A DNA stretch of 59,707 nucleotides, filler included, from Asterionella formosa (GCA_002256025.1; 8 parts of 8 records of this genome joined end to end with filler, not necessarily neighbours in it), one strand, 5' to 3'. Numbered from the whole stretch's first letter, positions 23,580 to 36,746 are shown. Made by a program: numbers and translations. The notes: generated from the letters alone by a model not told the origin.

Positions 23580-24441
23580 CATGTACAGGGTGCAGCTGAC
23601 AAAAAGGTAGGTCCCATTGTACCATATGAACAAATAAAACCGGTACTAACTCTGTCCATTTGTTACTTGGGCCTAAATGCAATTAATGGATAGCTTTAAC
23701 ATACTATGAGATTTAATTGACATTTTTATGGCCAATTTAAGGTGGGAAAGTGGAAAGGTTTTGGGTGGTATTCACTTCCTCATGTGGAAGTAGCTGTAAA
23801 CAAAATTGTGGTATCTTCATTCTTGGCTGAATTCTTTATGACTGCACTTCCAATCATGTCAGCCTGAGAATTGAAGTGTGAGCGTGGTCACATTCTCCAC
23901 CTGTCTTTCTTTTTCATAAAGTATTATTTTTTTATTGTTGCAGTCAACCTTCTAAAGTATTTCATGCAATTCATTGACAATGCTGACTTCAAGAAAGCTC
24001 ATGATGCTGTCTAGCACAACAGTACAACTGCAGACATGGCCTGGTGAATGTCGCAAGAAGGGACATTGTTGTTGGTGTTGAGACCCAAGACTTGCCCACC
24101 GACTGTCATTTCGTGCAGCCATGATGCCACATTTTTGTTTAGTGAGGCATTTTCACTCTTGTTTGTTTCATTTGCAGTATCCATGTAGCGCAAAACAACT
24201 ATGCTGGCTAGTGAAATGCAACTAAATTCAATATGCCTACTAAATGATCAACATATACTCATCTAAACATACAAATCTAACCAATGCACCCATTGCATGC
24301 ATCGTCTTGCATAGAAAATGTTTGTTGCTTATACTACAGAGGGATTTTTCGAACGACGTTAGCCACTGAGCATGTTACAACTACAACTACAACGGAATAG
24401 AGGGAGTACTCATCTGTGATGTGGTAATGACATGGACATGG

Positions 24442-24615
24442 TGAAGTATCTAACTAGAAGTAGTAGAATTGGTTGAATATATGAGCTAATTAATCTTATA
24501 TACAACTTGTTTCCCAAGTTGACATCAAAGTATTTAATAGGTGTTAGTCGAGTTCTGATTTATTTGATATAACCCTAACCCTGTATACATCTTTATCGAT
24601 GTGCAGGATCGCTCA
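24442..24615 (-). repeat. 3' LTR of the gypsy element
   Basis: 174-bp direct repeat of 29411-29581, adjacent to the PPT. Confidence 0.92.
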
Positions 24616-27600
24616 CTCTCCCACACTTAAGGGAAAACCTTTACCTATGAAAAGGTTTGATACGACGAATATTAATTCTTTCTGTAATATGCATAGTGCG
24701 TTGAAAAGTAACTGTACCATTGGCATGTACTTGAATAACAGTATAAGGACCTAGTCCACGATCATCTAAAGTAGTTGGATTATCCAAAAGTATTAAAATC
24801 TCATCATCCACTTTGTAATCATAAGATCGACGACGGACATTAACACGACGTAAGCGTTCGTCAATTATCACTTGTCGATGTTAATGTATCAATTGTAAAT
24901 CTGTAATCAAAGGAATAATTAATTTCATATCAAGTTGAAAAACCCATGCGCCTGGTGAAATACGTGATATACTATGAATAGTAGTTCGAGCTGCATATGA
25001 TGCAGTTGCAAAACATGTATCCACAATATTTTGTGCTTGAAATGCATTCATTGGAGGATGAGCCTTTAACATACTAACTCGTAGACTATTACTGATAGAT
25101 TGATGTAAACGTTCACAGATAGCATTTGCTTGTGGATTCTTTACTGTAGTAGTCACATCTTTAATTCCATTCAGCACTAACATGTGAATGAAAGGAACAC
25201 CAGTAAATTCACCTCCATTGTCATGTATACAACGTTCTGGACGGGGATATCTGACTAACCAATCATTTTCAAATTTCATTGCAATATATTCTGATGTTTT
25301 ATTATTGATACGTGAAATTTCTGCCACATTGGTGACCGTATCAATACAAGTTAGAGCACGAAATTCAATCGCTCGAGTAGCCACTGTTATCTTCCATGGA
25401 CCAATTAAAGCTTCTGGGACTTCTGACCATGGTAATAACAATCCATTCTTAGGTGGAAGTTCACCAAAACCAGTACCAGGTAATCTTGTACGTTGACATG
25501 CTTCACATACTCTTACAATATGTTACACTTTTGCTTTTAATGTAGTGTGATAAAAATGTGTAACAATTGTAGCATTTAATCTTGTCATACCCACATGAGC
25601 TAACATCTGATTATACCAATTAATAATAGGATCCAATAATGATGTAGGAATAGCAATACGCCATGTATCTCCTGGATTCTTCACAAAACAAATTAAAAAT
25701 ATATCATGAAAATTGATAGAGGGAAATTTTAACGGATGCTTTTGTTGATGGAGAATCAATTGTATATCCAGCAATTGTCTATCATGTATTAAATTATAAT
25801 CCAGAGGGTATTGCATATTGTCTGTCAATATTGGATGATTAAGGAAACAGGTAAGCAAAGGTTCATCATCTAATTCAATTGAAAAGGTAGAAGTGGATGT
25901 TGATGTCGGAGAAATCGGTCCAATATCATCCTCCACCAAAGACTCAAGCCTCGGGAGGCGAGAGATGGAATCTGCAATAGCATTGTCAGTCCCTTTCCCG
26001 TAGTGAAAAGCAGGATGATATTCTTCAATATAAAGTCTCCATCTTAGAATACGTTGAATATGTAAAGTATTATAAATAAGATTTCGATGATCAGTGTTCA
26101 CATGTAGAACTGCACCCAATAACATAGAGCGAAATTCTTTGAAAGTTTCTACCACAGAAAGTAATTCTTTTTCAATAGTAGTATAATTCTTTTGAGCAGC
26201 AGATAATTTGCGAGAATAATAAGCAACTGGGAGATCATTTTGCATAATGACCGACCCTAATTGATAATCAGAGGCATCAGTAAAGATATAAAAAGGAAGA
26301 TTATGATCAGGATAACGCATGAGTGTATCTGCAACCAACAACGCTATCATTTCTTCGAAAGCTTGTTGATGTATAGGTAACCAAACAAATGGACTAGTTT
26401 CAATTAAATCTATAAGTGTTCCAAGAACATGAGATCGTCTAGGAAACATGTCTTGATAGTACGTAACAGCACCAAGAAATGATCTGACTCTTTTATAATT
26501 GGTAGGTGAAGACATATTAATCAATGCTCAGACCTTTCTTGAACAAGGTTTCAGTCCATTAGGAATTAACCAATAGCCTAACTAATCTGTCTCTTGGACT
26601 GCCCATTCAAAATTAGATGGATTAATCGTGAAACTATTTGCCTGTAAACGATGTAAAATAGTGTCCGATAGATGAATGTGATCCGAAAAATTCAATGAAT
26701 AACAACCCACGTCATCAATATAAATTTCCACATAATCTAAATCACTAAGAATCTGTTCCATAGTTTCTTGTGCATTATTCGATTATTGTTTCACCCCCAT
26801 AGGGAGACGTAAATATTTATATAACCCAAATGGAGTGGAAATAACGCACAAATTTTGACTCTTCACATCTAATGCGAAAGTATAGTATTGCATAGACATC
26901 CAATTTTGTGAAAAATACATATCCAGCACGTTTAGTGAGAATAGTTTGTATTCGAGGCAAAGGGTATATATTGCGATTGATGACTTTATTGAGTTCACGA
27001 AAATCTGACACCCGCCCATCGGACACTTCCATCCTTTTTTGGAATAATAAAAGTGGGAGATTCCCATTTAGAAGCACCACATTTTTGTAGCACTCCAATA
27101 TCACACAACCGTTGTAATTCGGTTTTGAAAACTTCTAAATGATTATGAGCGACCGGATATGCTCGTTGATGACGAGGGATGGCATTTGATAATAATTCCA
27201 AATGTACCTGTTTATGAGGATAAACTTTTAATTTTCCATCAAATAATGTTTGATGTTTAACTAATATAGTTCGCAAACATGATCGTTGCATTGTTGTTAA
27301 ATGAATCTGTTTATTCACCACTGTATCAATATTCACATAATTATATTAAGCAGCTTTAATTTCCAGCGCATATGAAGATTCCACAATCATAGGTGCATCA
27401 AAATATAATAATACATCACGTAAATGTTCTCCATCATCAAAGAATGTGAGAGGATGCATAGGAAAACTCATTTCCATACAGGACATGGTGTTATTTACGA
27501 AATCAATGGTTAGATCATCTTGACGGAGGAAATTACGTCCTAAAATAGCATCAAATGTGCATAGACCATTAAAAACTTGACACTTTTGTTGTAAAACACG

Positions 27601-29410
27601 AGCAGATCGATTAAATTCAGGTAGAATCAGGTCATATAAAATAACACCTGCATGAGATGAATGAGTACCAACTATGGTATGTATTAATTGTGAAGTATTG
27701 TTAGACAAAGAAATACCTTGAGGCATAAGCTGTTCATGTATGAAGGATAAGGATACTCCACTATCAAATAATCCTTGTAGTATTTTATGCATAGGAATAG
27801 CATCCACCAATCGTGGCGCTAAAAGAGACATCTGAATCAGATCAATTGACGTTTTTATATCCTTAATAGTAAAACAGGAAACCGGAATTGGGCCCTGATA
27901 TGTATGTGGAACGTTATGTCCATCGATGCATTTATATATGTCCCGTGTTACAGCAACAGCGGTATTTATAGTGTATTCAACTTGTAAATAAAGAATATTA
28001 TACAGGTGATGACCGACGTGAGATATACTCAATGAGTCATTATAAATAGCATTGGTATTATCGCACATACCTCTGTAATGGCGATCAGCAATCTGCTGTT
28101 GTGAAGTAGGGACAAAAGTCACTATCTGACCAGCAGGAGGGCTCGTGACCACTGAAATTTCCTGGGTAGATGTATTCTTGGTAGGATCGGCATGTGGCAT
28201 GGATCCCCAGCCGGATGGATGAGCATGATGTTCCCATGTATTTTGCATACGAGCATGTGGAAGAGGCACAGGTTTAGCAGTGTCAGTATGGTAGCTTTCC
28301 TTAGGATTACTGTGTGAACCGCTTCCACGACCACCAAAATGTCCTCATCTACCGAAACTGGAACGGCCACGTCCATTATGACGACCAGCCATGTGACCTG
28401 CTCGACCACCTTGAGTACGAGTATTCTGAAAACAATTGCCCTAAGTATGTGTACCTTCAGGATGTACCGGACAAGGGCCACGATAATCATGGTACGTACG
28501 ACTGGCTTGTAGAGCTTGATGACGAACAGTCGCCTGACGATCCCATGTGCGACCGGCTGCATTGACAATAGCATGTGCTCTTCCACGACCACTTGGAGTA
28601 AATTTATCGTTGTAGAATTGACGACTGACACGCTCGTTTTCTTGACGCATCACACGATTGCCTTCAGCAATTCGAAGACGATTTTGTGTGATTGTTTGAA
28701 AACTGTTCTTGGGAAGGTGCTTTTTTCGGTCCTTAAACGATTGTTGACTCTCGAAGTAAGGGAGAACCGAGCGAATCGATTGGTCTGAAGTCTTAGCATG
28801 ATTCAATTCAAACTCTTGTTGCCACTCGCTCATCGGGCATAGAATGGATAATGATAATCCGCATATCTTCTTTTGACAATCCGTTTTGATCTTCTGTATG
28901 AGGCATTAGTTGAAGTAGCCTGTTTAAAGTTTCAATACGAGCTCCGAAATCCATTATCAACATAGAAAAGGGTTTAGACAAGTAGCGTAGCATCCATTGA
29001 CGTTGACGTTGAAAACTCTTGTTTGGCAAACGATTGTCTAACCATAAAACCATCGCTTCATCGAAATTATCGTATGATTGATCTTCTGGGTGTACTTCCA
29101 CATTCAACCAATCCAATAAGGCAATGTCGGTCAAACACCTTTTAAAGTAGGAAAAGGTATCTGCAGGGCTAAAGGCACATATGTCAGCCATGTCACGAAA
29201 TTGATTCACTCCAATCAACAATGCTTCCACAGAGCTTCCATTGTTTATATCTTGATCAAACGATTCAAACCTTCCACCGGTTAAAGCAACTCTGAATGTT
29301 TTAGTCTTGATAGTCAATACATTGTAATCTTCGATCAAAGGAATGACAGGAACCCTTGAATACATTGCCATGTTCGTTTTCTTCTAATTGGACTCTTTTT
29401 GAATTCAAAG

Positions 29411-29581
29411 TGAAGTATCTAACTAGAATTAGTAGTATTTGTTGAATATATGAGCTAATTAATCTTATATACAACTTCTTCCCAAGTTGACATCAAAGTA
29501 CACAATAGGTGTTAGTCGAGTTCTGATATATTTGATAACCCTAACCCTGTATACATCTGCATCTATTTGCAGGATCACTCA
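29411..29581 (-). repeat. 5' LTR of the gypsy element
   Basis: 171-bp direct repeat of 24442-24615, 40 bp upstream of the gag ATG. About 13 substitutions and 2 small indels between the copies by manual alignment. Confidence 0.92.
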
Positions 29582-29864
29582 CATGTTACTGGTACCAGGG
29601 GTACCAGGTACCTAATACTGACTACTTGGTACCTGGTACTGATGCTACCGTTGGTTCATCCTACCGGCATCCTGATACCTAGCAAATAACATGTGACAGT
29701 GGATGTGTTTAATGAGTTGAGTATGAACTCAAAATCCCCTGTACGGCGGTGGTGCTGAAAGCGTGGGTGGAATTGATTTCTTTCATGCATCCTTTGTTGT
29801 TGCTGGCACGTCGTTCGGTCGTGCGTACGTTGACTGGTCCGGAGCGGCCGAGTGATGTTCTCGT

Positions 29865-29964
29865 NNNNNNNNNNNNNNNNNNNNNNNNNNNNNNNNNNNN
29901 NNNNNNNNTTAATTAATTAANNNNNNNNNNNNNNNNNNNNNNNNNNNNNNNNNNNNNNNNNNNN
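29865..29964. other. Artificial contig-joining linker
   Basis: N44-TTAATTAATTAA-N44. Confidence 0.99.
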
Positions 29965-30835
29965 GTTGTACCATACCGGTACCTTCCAGGTACCTGGTAC
30001 CTGGTACTGCCGTACATAGAATTATCGTGTATGAATTCGGGGTTTCTTCTGTACTATCAGGTACCAGGTACGACTTACAATTTTGTGCATCATGCAAACA
30101 TATAAGCATATGCACACTTGACCACGCACTGGTTCATGGTGTCTCCTTGTCTGTGGTTGAGAAGGAATGACAAGATAGAGACCATGTTGAGGTAGATCTT
30201 TCTCAATGTCGACAACAAGGTGATGATCGGTCATTGGCATTTCTAGTATCCATATATGCACATACACATAGTGACTACGCTAGATATGTGTTTTTTTTGT
30301 TGACCACGAAACCAAAACCACGTGTAAGGTATGGCTTGTTGTTGGTGTTGTTGTTGTCCATTGCACCATAGTGGACCATGATGCGTTTTTTGTGTTTGAG
30401 TAACGACAGTGTCCATATACATAGATAGAGCGAGTCGTTGTTAGAAACGGAAACAAGAAACGGAAACGAGCCTGCATTAAATTTGGTTGCTCCGTTCGTT
30501 GAGTACCGGTACGAGATAAAGTCTTCGTGGCGCTGGGATAATTGATTGCTCGTTGGGATTCCAAGTGTCGTCATCATACGATATGTATGTCTTTATTGCT
30601 TTCTTCTTGTACAAATACATACAACTGGCGTTTCTCACTTTGCCATTCACACTCTCGACTCTTTACATTCTCTGTTACTTCCAACTTTTATTTTTTTCAT
30701 TTGCTTTTTATTAGACACGGACGTTTGTCGATTTTGTACTTTTCCCTCACACACCGAAACCTTTTTTTGGATACTTTTTATTATACCTGAAGGGAATAAG
30801 TAGAAGAAGAACAGCAAAACAGCTACAACAACAAA

Positions 30836-31414
30836 ATGGCTCGCAAACTTTTAGTTTTCTTCCTTTTGATTTTGATGGTGACCATTTCAACAATGGTCGC
30901 CGTGGCGGACGATGTTGGTGATGAAGAAGAGGATATTGTTGCATTTGATATGGAAGAAAATGATGACAATAGTGCCGCTGAAGCTGCTGCAGAATTATTG
31001 GCTCAACAAGCTGCTGCAGAAGCTGCTGCTGCTGCAGAATTATTGGCTCAACAAGCCGCTACAGAAGCTGCTGCTGCTGAATCATTGGCTCAACAAGCCA
31101 AGGAAGCTGCAGAGCGATTGGCTCAGGAAGCTGCAACCACTGCAGCTGACCTTAAGGAAGATACAAAGGAAGCTTTGACAGCCATTGTTTCAAATATCCA
31201 ATCCAAGATTACCACCATTGTGGAAAAGGTTAAATCGGAAACGTCTGGAATAATTGACAAATGCAAGTCGATGGACCCTGCCATGGCCAAAAAAGTGGCG
31301 GCTGGGGCACTTGGTGCATGGGGAGTAGCTGCTGGTGCTGGATGGTTGGCTGGGCAGGCTGGAAAAGAGGTGGTGGTGGAAGCAACAGTAACCAAAGCCG
31401 GAAAGAGGAAATGA
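30836..31414 (+). CDS. Small secretory-pathway membrane protein with Ala/Glu/Gln helical repeats
   Basis: 192 aa. Signal peptide, acidic patch, about 4 x AAAE(L/S/R)LAQ(Q/E)A repeats, a C-terminal Gly/Ala-rich hydrophobic segment and a basic tail (KAGKRK). Good ATG context (caaaATGg). Confidence 0.75.
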   Translation: MARKLLVFFLLILMVTISTMVAVADDVGDEEEDIVAFDMEENDDNSAAEAAAELLAQQAAAEAAAAAELLAQQAATEAAAAESLAQQAKEAAERLAQEAATTAADLKEDTKEALTAIVSNIQSKITTIVEKVKSETSGIIDKCKSMDPAMAKKVAAGALGAWGVAAGAGWLAGQAGKEVVVEATVTKAGKRK

Positions 31415-34257
31415 AAGATGCAGTTCGAAACAAACAAGAAAACATTTTTATTTATTAGAGAACGTGAATGATGATTATGCGTGCGTTCAATAGAATATGC
31501 AAGGGAACTTGATAAGGCCTGAAAGTGCTATGTAGAGGGGGACGTGGTTATAGCTACATGAGTGATGGTATGGAGTTGTAGCTAGTACGCTAGACTAGAC
31601 TAGCAGTATATGGACCGGTTGGAAATCAAATGCGCGTATTGTAACCTGCACAATGGTTGCTTCTCTGTAGTTTGATGCATTTGTAGTGCTGGAAGGGAAA
31701 AAAACTACCAGTACATGCACACCACATAAGCTTTCCATGATTTGCCAAGTTATTTCTTGGTGTTAGTTTCTCAAGTGGGGACCTCATATTGATGGAATCT
31801 CTCCGGTTTGTCCTATATATGCTGGACTTGTTGCGCACCTGACTATTATATGGCTGAATGACAGTACATAGGTATTTGGTCAATTTTTCCATCTACCTCG
31901 TTCTGGTATATCATGCTCATTTAGCAGACTATGGCATTGATCACCGTGATACAAAGAAAAGCTTTGAAAATATGATTATATGTACTGGTAAGCCTTGTTT
32001 CCAAATATGTGATGCAGCCACCAGCAATACACACTAATTAGGAATATCATGTAGACTTGACTACTAGTTTGCAGTATTACCCAGCCAGTATGATCCCTGC
32101 CTGTCCCCAAGAAACAGCCAAGCTATTTCCTATATTCTTGACTACTACCTCCTGGTTGTTACCGGCGTTATCGGTGCATGACATGATTTGTTTCCATACC
32201 TATTCTTTTACAAGCTCCCAGCATTCAAAGATAAAATTGAAACAACCCTGGACTACTCGTAGTAAGTGTTATATAGATACCACCACACCATGGAGCACTT
32301 CTTATGTGGAGATAAGGTTCAGATGCTGGGGCTCTTATATAAATGCTAATCCCCTGCCTAAATGCTCTCCCAATTTCGAGAATACGAGAAATTGGGGGTC
32401 CTGTTCAGGTACATTGATCATGTAACTTCGTCAAAAGTATAGAATTTCTGGTAAACATTTCTTGAGCAACCTCCCTGTAGTAACCACATGGTGCATCTTG
32501 AAAATGCTTAGTATGACCAGACATTCTATACTATAATTGATGAATTTACATTTTCATCAAAACAAGCAAGCTATTATACTGCATACGTCTTGAATCAACA
32601 TCTAGGCAATAGTATGTTTCTATTTTAAATAGGAAAAATGTAGCTGATCATCAATAATTTCTTCTAAATAGATTTAGACAACAATCAAAATGAAAAAACT
32701 CATAAAAGTCGAACACATCACCATAGCACCATTAGTCGTCCTTGTCCTTGTCTGGTGCTGTTCGCACTGGCACAGCACATGGTTCCAACATTGCTGCAAT
32801 ACCACTCTATCGAAGGGAAGTTTTGATTAGAGAAAAATCCTTTTGGCTGACCAGCCATTATGCTTTTGTATGGATAGAACTTGGACTTGTGTGATAAAGT
32901 TATCAAATTTGCCAATCTGCTGATTTCTGATTGTTGTTGCCTGGTGCAACATGCAATACATATTCCTCTTCATCCTCTTTGAATCTCTGAGAGACAGCTG
33001 CGTTGAGATGCCATGGGATGAGCATTGTTGATGTACTACTATCATCGAGAGTTGTTGGAAGGGCAACATATTTCAGAGCCAACATTATTGGTGGGCAACT
33101 AGTAGTGATACTCAGCCAGAGCAAGGAAGGCTTTGGGGCATCCAGGATCTCCTTCATTGTAGAATTGTTTTTGAGTTAATGTGGAATCGTCACCTGGACA
33201 ATCATAGGGATGACCACTAGTGAGGATTAGATTCAACTTTTTATCAGTCAAATGACAATCAACCTAACAAATGAAATCACCATTGGAATGAAGAGAAGTG
33301 CTTTTAATGCTCCATGAATCTACTAGGCAAATTAGAAGCTCATGCCCATCTGTCTCTACTAATTTACGCTCTAACACTTATAGTTATTACAACTCTTTCA
33401 ATTGAGTTTTAGTAGTCCATCATCTGGGGCAACCAACATGGTGGATGTGATGGATTGGTTGCTATTGGCTAGTACTACTTTGTAAAATAATGATGCATTG
33501 GTCGAATTATGCAAAAAGGGTTCTCGAGTTTCTTCTACTACTAAAGTCAAATAAAATTTTACTAAAGAAAAAGATGGAATTGCTAAAACAATTTGTATTT
33601 CTTTAATTACGAGGCTTCTTCTACATGTTCCAAGTAGTGACAGAGCAAATGTTCCCATCTGCTGCACACGACCACAATGCGCGCTCTGTTGTTAAATCAT
33701 TTGTACCGGAGATACACTGGTTCGTCCACATGAACATTGTTGACACCTTGTCTGCTCCGTCAGCTCGCTCACCTTGTCATTGTGCGCAGGCTGCACATGC
33801 AGTTTACCGTCTACCTGTGCAGCGCTCTTACATACATACATTCTAGCTTGGTTCCAGATACTGCAGTACCACGGTCCAAGTAGGCAACCTGCCGTACATA
33901 ATACTCTATGTTTTTTCATATGTACCGGTAGCTAGTTACCGTATCCGTATAATGTAGCTACATACCGTAGTCATACTGCGTACCCCGCACACTGTGGTGC
34001 CCTCGTCAACAAGCTACCGCCCAGGTACCTACCGGTACCTACATTTATAGTAAAAGGTAGTACCATACCTGGTACCTGGTACTGGTACTCAGGAGTACTT
34101 ACTGTACCAGTTTTTACATTTCATCACCAAGAGGACCTCAAAGTAGTCGTTGAGGGAAAGCTTGTCTTGTTTGACAATTATCGTTGGAGTTGCTTGAGCG
34201 AGTCTGCTGCATTCCATTTGATTCCATTCCAATCCATTCCAATCTCTTTTCTCCACC

Positions 34258-34727
34258 ATGAGCGCCGAAGATGTTGCTAAATCCTTTGTTCAGCATTTCT
34301 ATCAATCCTTTGATACAAATGTCGAAAGTTTGAGTGGGCTCTTTGTAAGTTCCTCCCTCACGGGCTTCTTGCGGTAGTATTGAGTTTACGTAGAACTCTA
34401 CTGACACCACACACACGACGATCCCCTCCTCTCTCTCTGCTTGTTCAGGCTCAAGCTTCCATGATGACCTTTGAGGGCAATCAAGTACAGGGAACAGAAG
34501 CCATTATGGGAAAATTGCGTTCGGTTGGGACTGTCACTCATCAGGTGAAATCTATGGATGTGCAACCATCGAGCAGTGCGAGTGCCATTTTAATTTTTGT
34601 CACTGGAAGCATTCAAATCGGAGGAGACAATCCTCTTCATTTTTGTGAAATGTTTCAATTGGTTAGTTCTGGACCTGGACAATATTATGTCCATAACGAT
34701 GTCTTTCGATTAAATTATGGATTGTAG
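34258..34727 (+). CDS. NTF2: Nuclear transport factor 2, 2 exons
   Basis: Exon 1, 34258-34344, encodes MSAEDVAKSFVQHFYQSFD. Intron 34345-34448 (GTAAGT...CAG). Exon 2 encodes SMMTFEG..QG.EAIMGKL...DVQPS..ILIFVTG...F.EMFQL...YYVHNDVFRLNYG. Confidence 0.95.
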
Positions 34728-35281
34728 CAAAATCGGTACATCCAGCAAAAGGAAGGAAGCACCCAAGCATAAAAGGAGAGCAGCAATTCAGAACCTCCTG
34801 CATTCAATTTTATAGTCTAGTATTTAGTACAAGTATGCTATCCCAAGCCACAACAAAAACAAAGGGTTATGCAAGGGGGGCTTCTGTATAGGAGAAGAGG
34901 AGCTAATGATACTTAACAAAGAGGATGCCGTCAAACAAAATTCCCAACAATTTTTACCCATGTCATTGTCCTCTATTGTAGTATCGGTAGCTCAACACAG
35001 TGATGGGATACTAAGGAGTCGAACGCAATGGATCATCATAGAGGCACAAAGTTCGTAGCATTGTCTCTACTGGAACAAAGTATCATATTGGAAATTTAGT
35101 ATGTAGCACCGATAAATTTCATCATCTTCATTTTCTTGATTTTTGAGGAACGAGAGAGGCAAACCACATCCAAAGACCGGTAACGGGTATACTACCGGTA
35201 TTTGTTACCTCTTGGGAGAGGTGAAAGACAGTTGCGAGTGTGAGATAAATATAGCTTAATTGATCATTTACCGCAACTTGA

Positions 35282-35797
35282 TTGGTTCACAGTGACATTT
35301 ACCGGGAGCATATAAGCCAAATTTCTCAAAATAGTAGAACCTGTATACTGGTAACGGTAGGCTATCTCGACTGTCCTCGATTGATTATAAGCAAATATTC
35401 TCGATTCCATACTCCCATATATATAATTCAATTCGTACCAATTAAATTTGAATTCCACAGCCGCGCATGGCATCCAGTAGCTACACAATATGTTTGGGGT
35501 GCCCAATAAGCAATTCCGTGGTGGTTGTTGTCGTGACTCCTATGTAGACTACCGGTATTGGTTTACATATCTTACAGCTCACCAAAAAAAACCCAGCCAG
35601 CACTGACCATGTCGACATGGTATCGCACAGTTGGTTGGACATGTTTGATCTTTTTGGGCACATGGCATTACTGGGAACCGTTGGTATTGTCATTGAATGA
35701 TTCCAAATGGCAAGCAGCACTCATTGTTTTGCTAGCGTGGGTTTGTGGGTGTATCGATACGACAGACATGGTGGGACAGCCACATCATGACGATTGA
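35282..35797 (+). pseudogene. Possible decayed membrane-protein gene fragment
   Basis: ORFs 35282-35509 and 35558-35797 are in the same frame, separated by TAA and TGA stops. Several hydrophobic Trp-rich segments. No family recognised. Confidence 0.25.
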
Positions 35798-35996
35798 ACC
35801 ATGGCTTTGTGCTAATTTATTCTATGCTACACTATAGTTACTGCAGACAATACAATAGTCACTTTCCTTGACTGAATTGTTAGTTGCGATTTTATATTTT
35901 ATCTAGACTTACTACCGGTTCTGGGATGTGTATCCCCAGAGTATGTGTGCACTGCATTGTTGTTTGCTTGGATACAAAAAATGATTAAAGACACTA

Positions 35997-36746
35997 CTAT
36001 TTCTTTTCCACGGCAAGTGCATTTTGCGGATTCTCAGGTGACTTTTTCCACATGGCAAATACCTTTTCTTTGTATTGAGTCAGTCTCAATCCAGGATAAT
36101 CAGCTTTGACCACTGGTAAGGTTCGTTCTTCGTAGGCCAGATACAATGCTTTTTGTGATTTCACTTCGCTAGAGCCACCACCACCGAGTTGATCCAGGGC
36201 ACCATCCATTCCACTCGTGGCAAGTTCCGTCATGGTCAACTGATTCATAGCTCGACCAGCAGCATCAGCTAACATTGCTTCGGTATTCACAAACAACGGA
36301 TCCATGGCCAGCCTTGCAGCTTCCTTGGCAGCTTGCTTTTCCTCTTGTTCTATTCGCAACAATTCCTTCTTTTTCGCGTCCGCTTCTTTCTTAGCCTTGG
36401 CCTTCTTCTCGGCTTCCGTCACGAATCCATCCAACAACCCCAAATCATTCTTTGCTTTCTTCTTTGTCCCAGACGCCGCCTTCTTGACTTTAATGCTGCT
36501 GCTCGACGTTTCCTCTTCTTCCAATAGTTTGGCCTTCTCAGCTCGTTTCTTGGCAGCTTCGGCTTCCTTGATTGCAGCTGCTTCCGTTCGTGCCATACTG
36601 CGTTGATCTGCTCCTTGTTGCCATTCTTGCGCCACTTGCGCTTCGGTTTGTTGCGCCTTTTGCTGTTGTTTCAATTGCTCTTGTTCCGCTTTGCGAGCAT
36701 TCCCTGCCGCTTGTTTGCTGTTTTGTGGGACTTTCTTTGGTGCCAT
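35997..36746 (-). CDS. CCDC124: CCDC124/Lso2/Oxs1 family ribosome-associated protein
   Basis: N-terminal MAPKK..NSKQAAGNARKAE, a coiled coil, and a C-terminal HMG-like KALYLAYEERTLP.VKADYPGLRLTQYKE..F..WKKSPENP. Confidence 0.9.
   Translation of the reverse strand: MAPKKVPQNSKQAAGNARKAEQEQLKQQQKAQQTEAQVAQEWQQGADQRSMARTEAAAIKEAEAAKKRAEKAKLLEEEETSSSSIKVKKAASGTKKKAKNDLGLLDGFVTEAEKKAKAKKEADAKKKELLRIEQEEKQAAKEAARLAMDPLFVNTEAMLADAAGRAMNQLTMTELATSGMDGALDQLGGGGSSEVKSQKALYLAYEERTLPVVKADYPGLRLTQYKEKVFAMWKKSPENPQNALAVEKK

Larger units (their letters stand above)
24442..29581 (-). mobile_element. Full-length decayed Ty3/gypsy LTR retrotransposon (about 5.1 kb)
   Basis: Two TG...CA LTRs. gag from 29371 with CPVHPEGTHT*GNC knuckle; protease LFDSG; RT (SPTFIIPKKDG, RLPMG, YIDD near 26710); RNase H (FTDASDYQLG, EKELLS, TDHRNL); integrase (ALTCID, HDNGGEF, NPQANAICERLH, GPY). 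Order is PR-RT-RH-IN. PPT GGGAGAG precedes the 3' LTR. Flanks are CATGG/CATGT. Many stops and frameshifts. Confidence 0.95.

Noticed and set aside
31600..33700. Decayed coding-like region with a CIAGGC motif (nucleotidyltransferase- or virus-like)
   Set aside because: A single short motif among many stops is insufficient support without a translated search.
5841..36746. Apparent ribosome-rescue theme (RqcH-like plus CCDC124) and splicing theme (DNAJC8-like plus SPF30-like)
   Set aside because: The genes lie on different contigs joined artificially, so there is no linkage.
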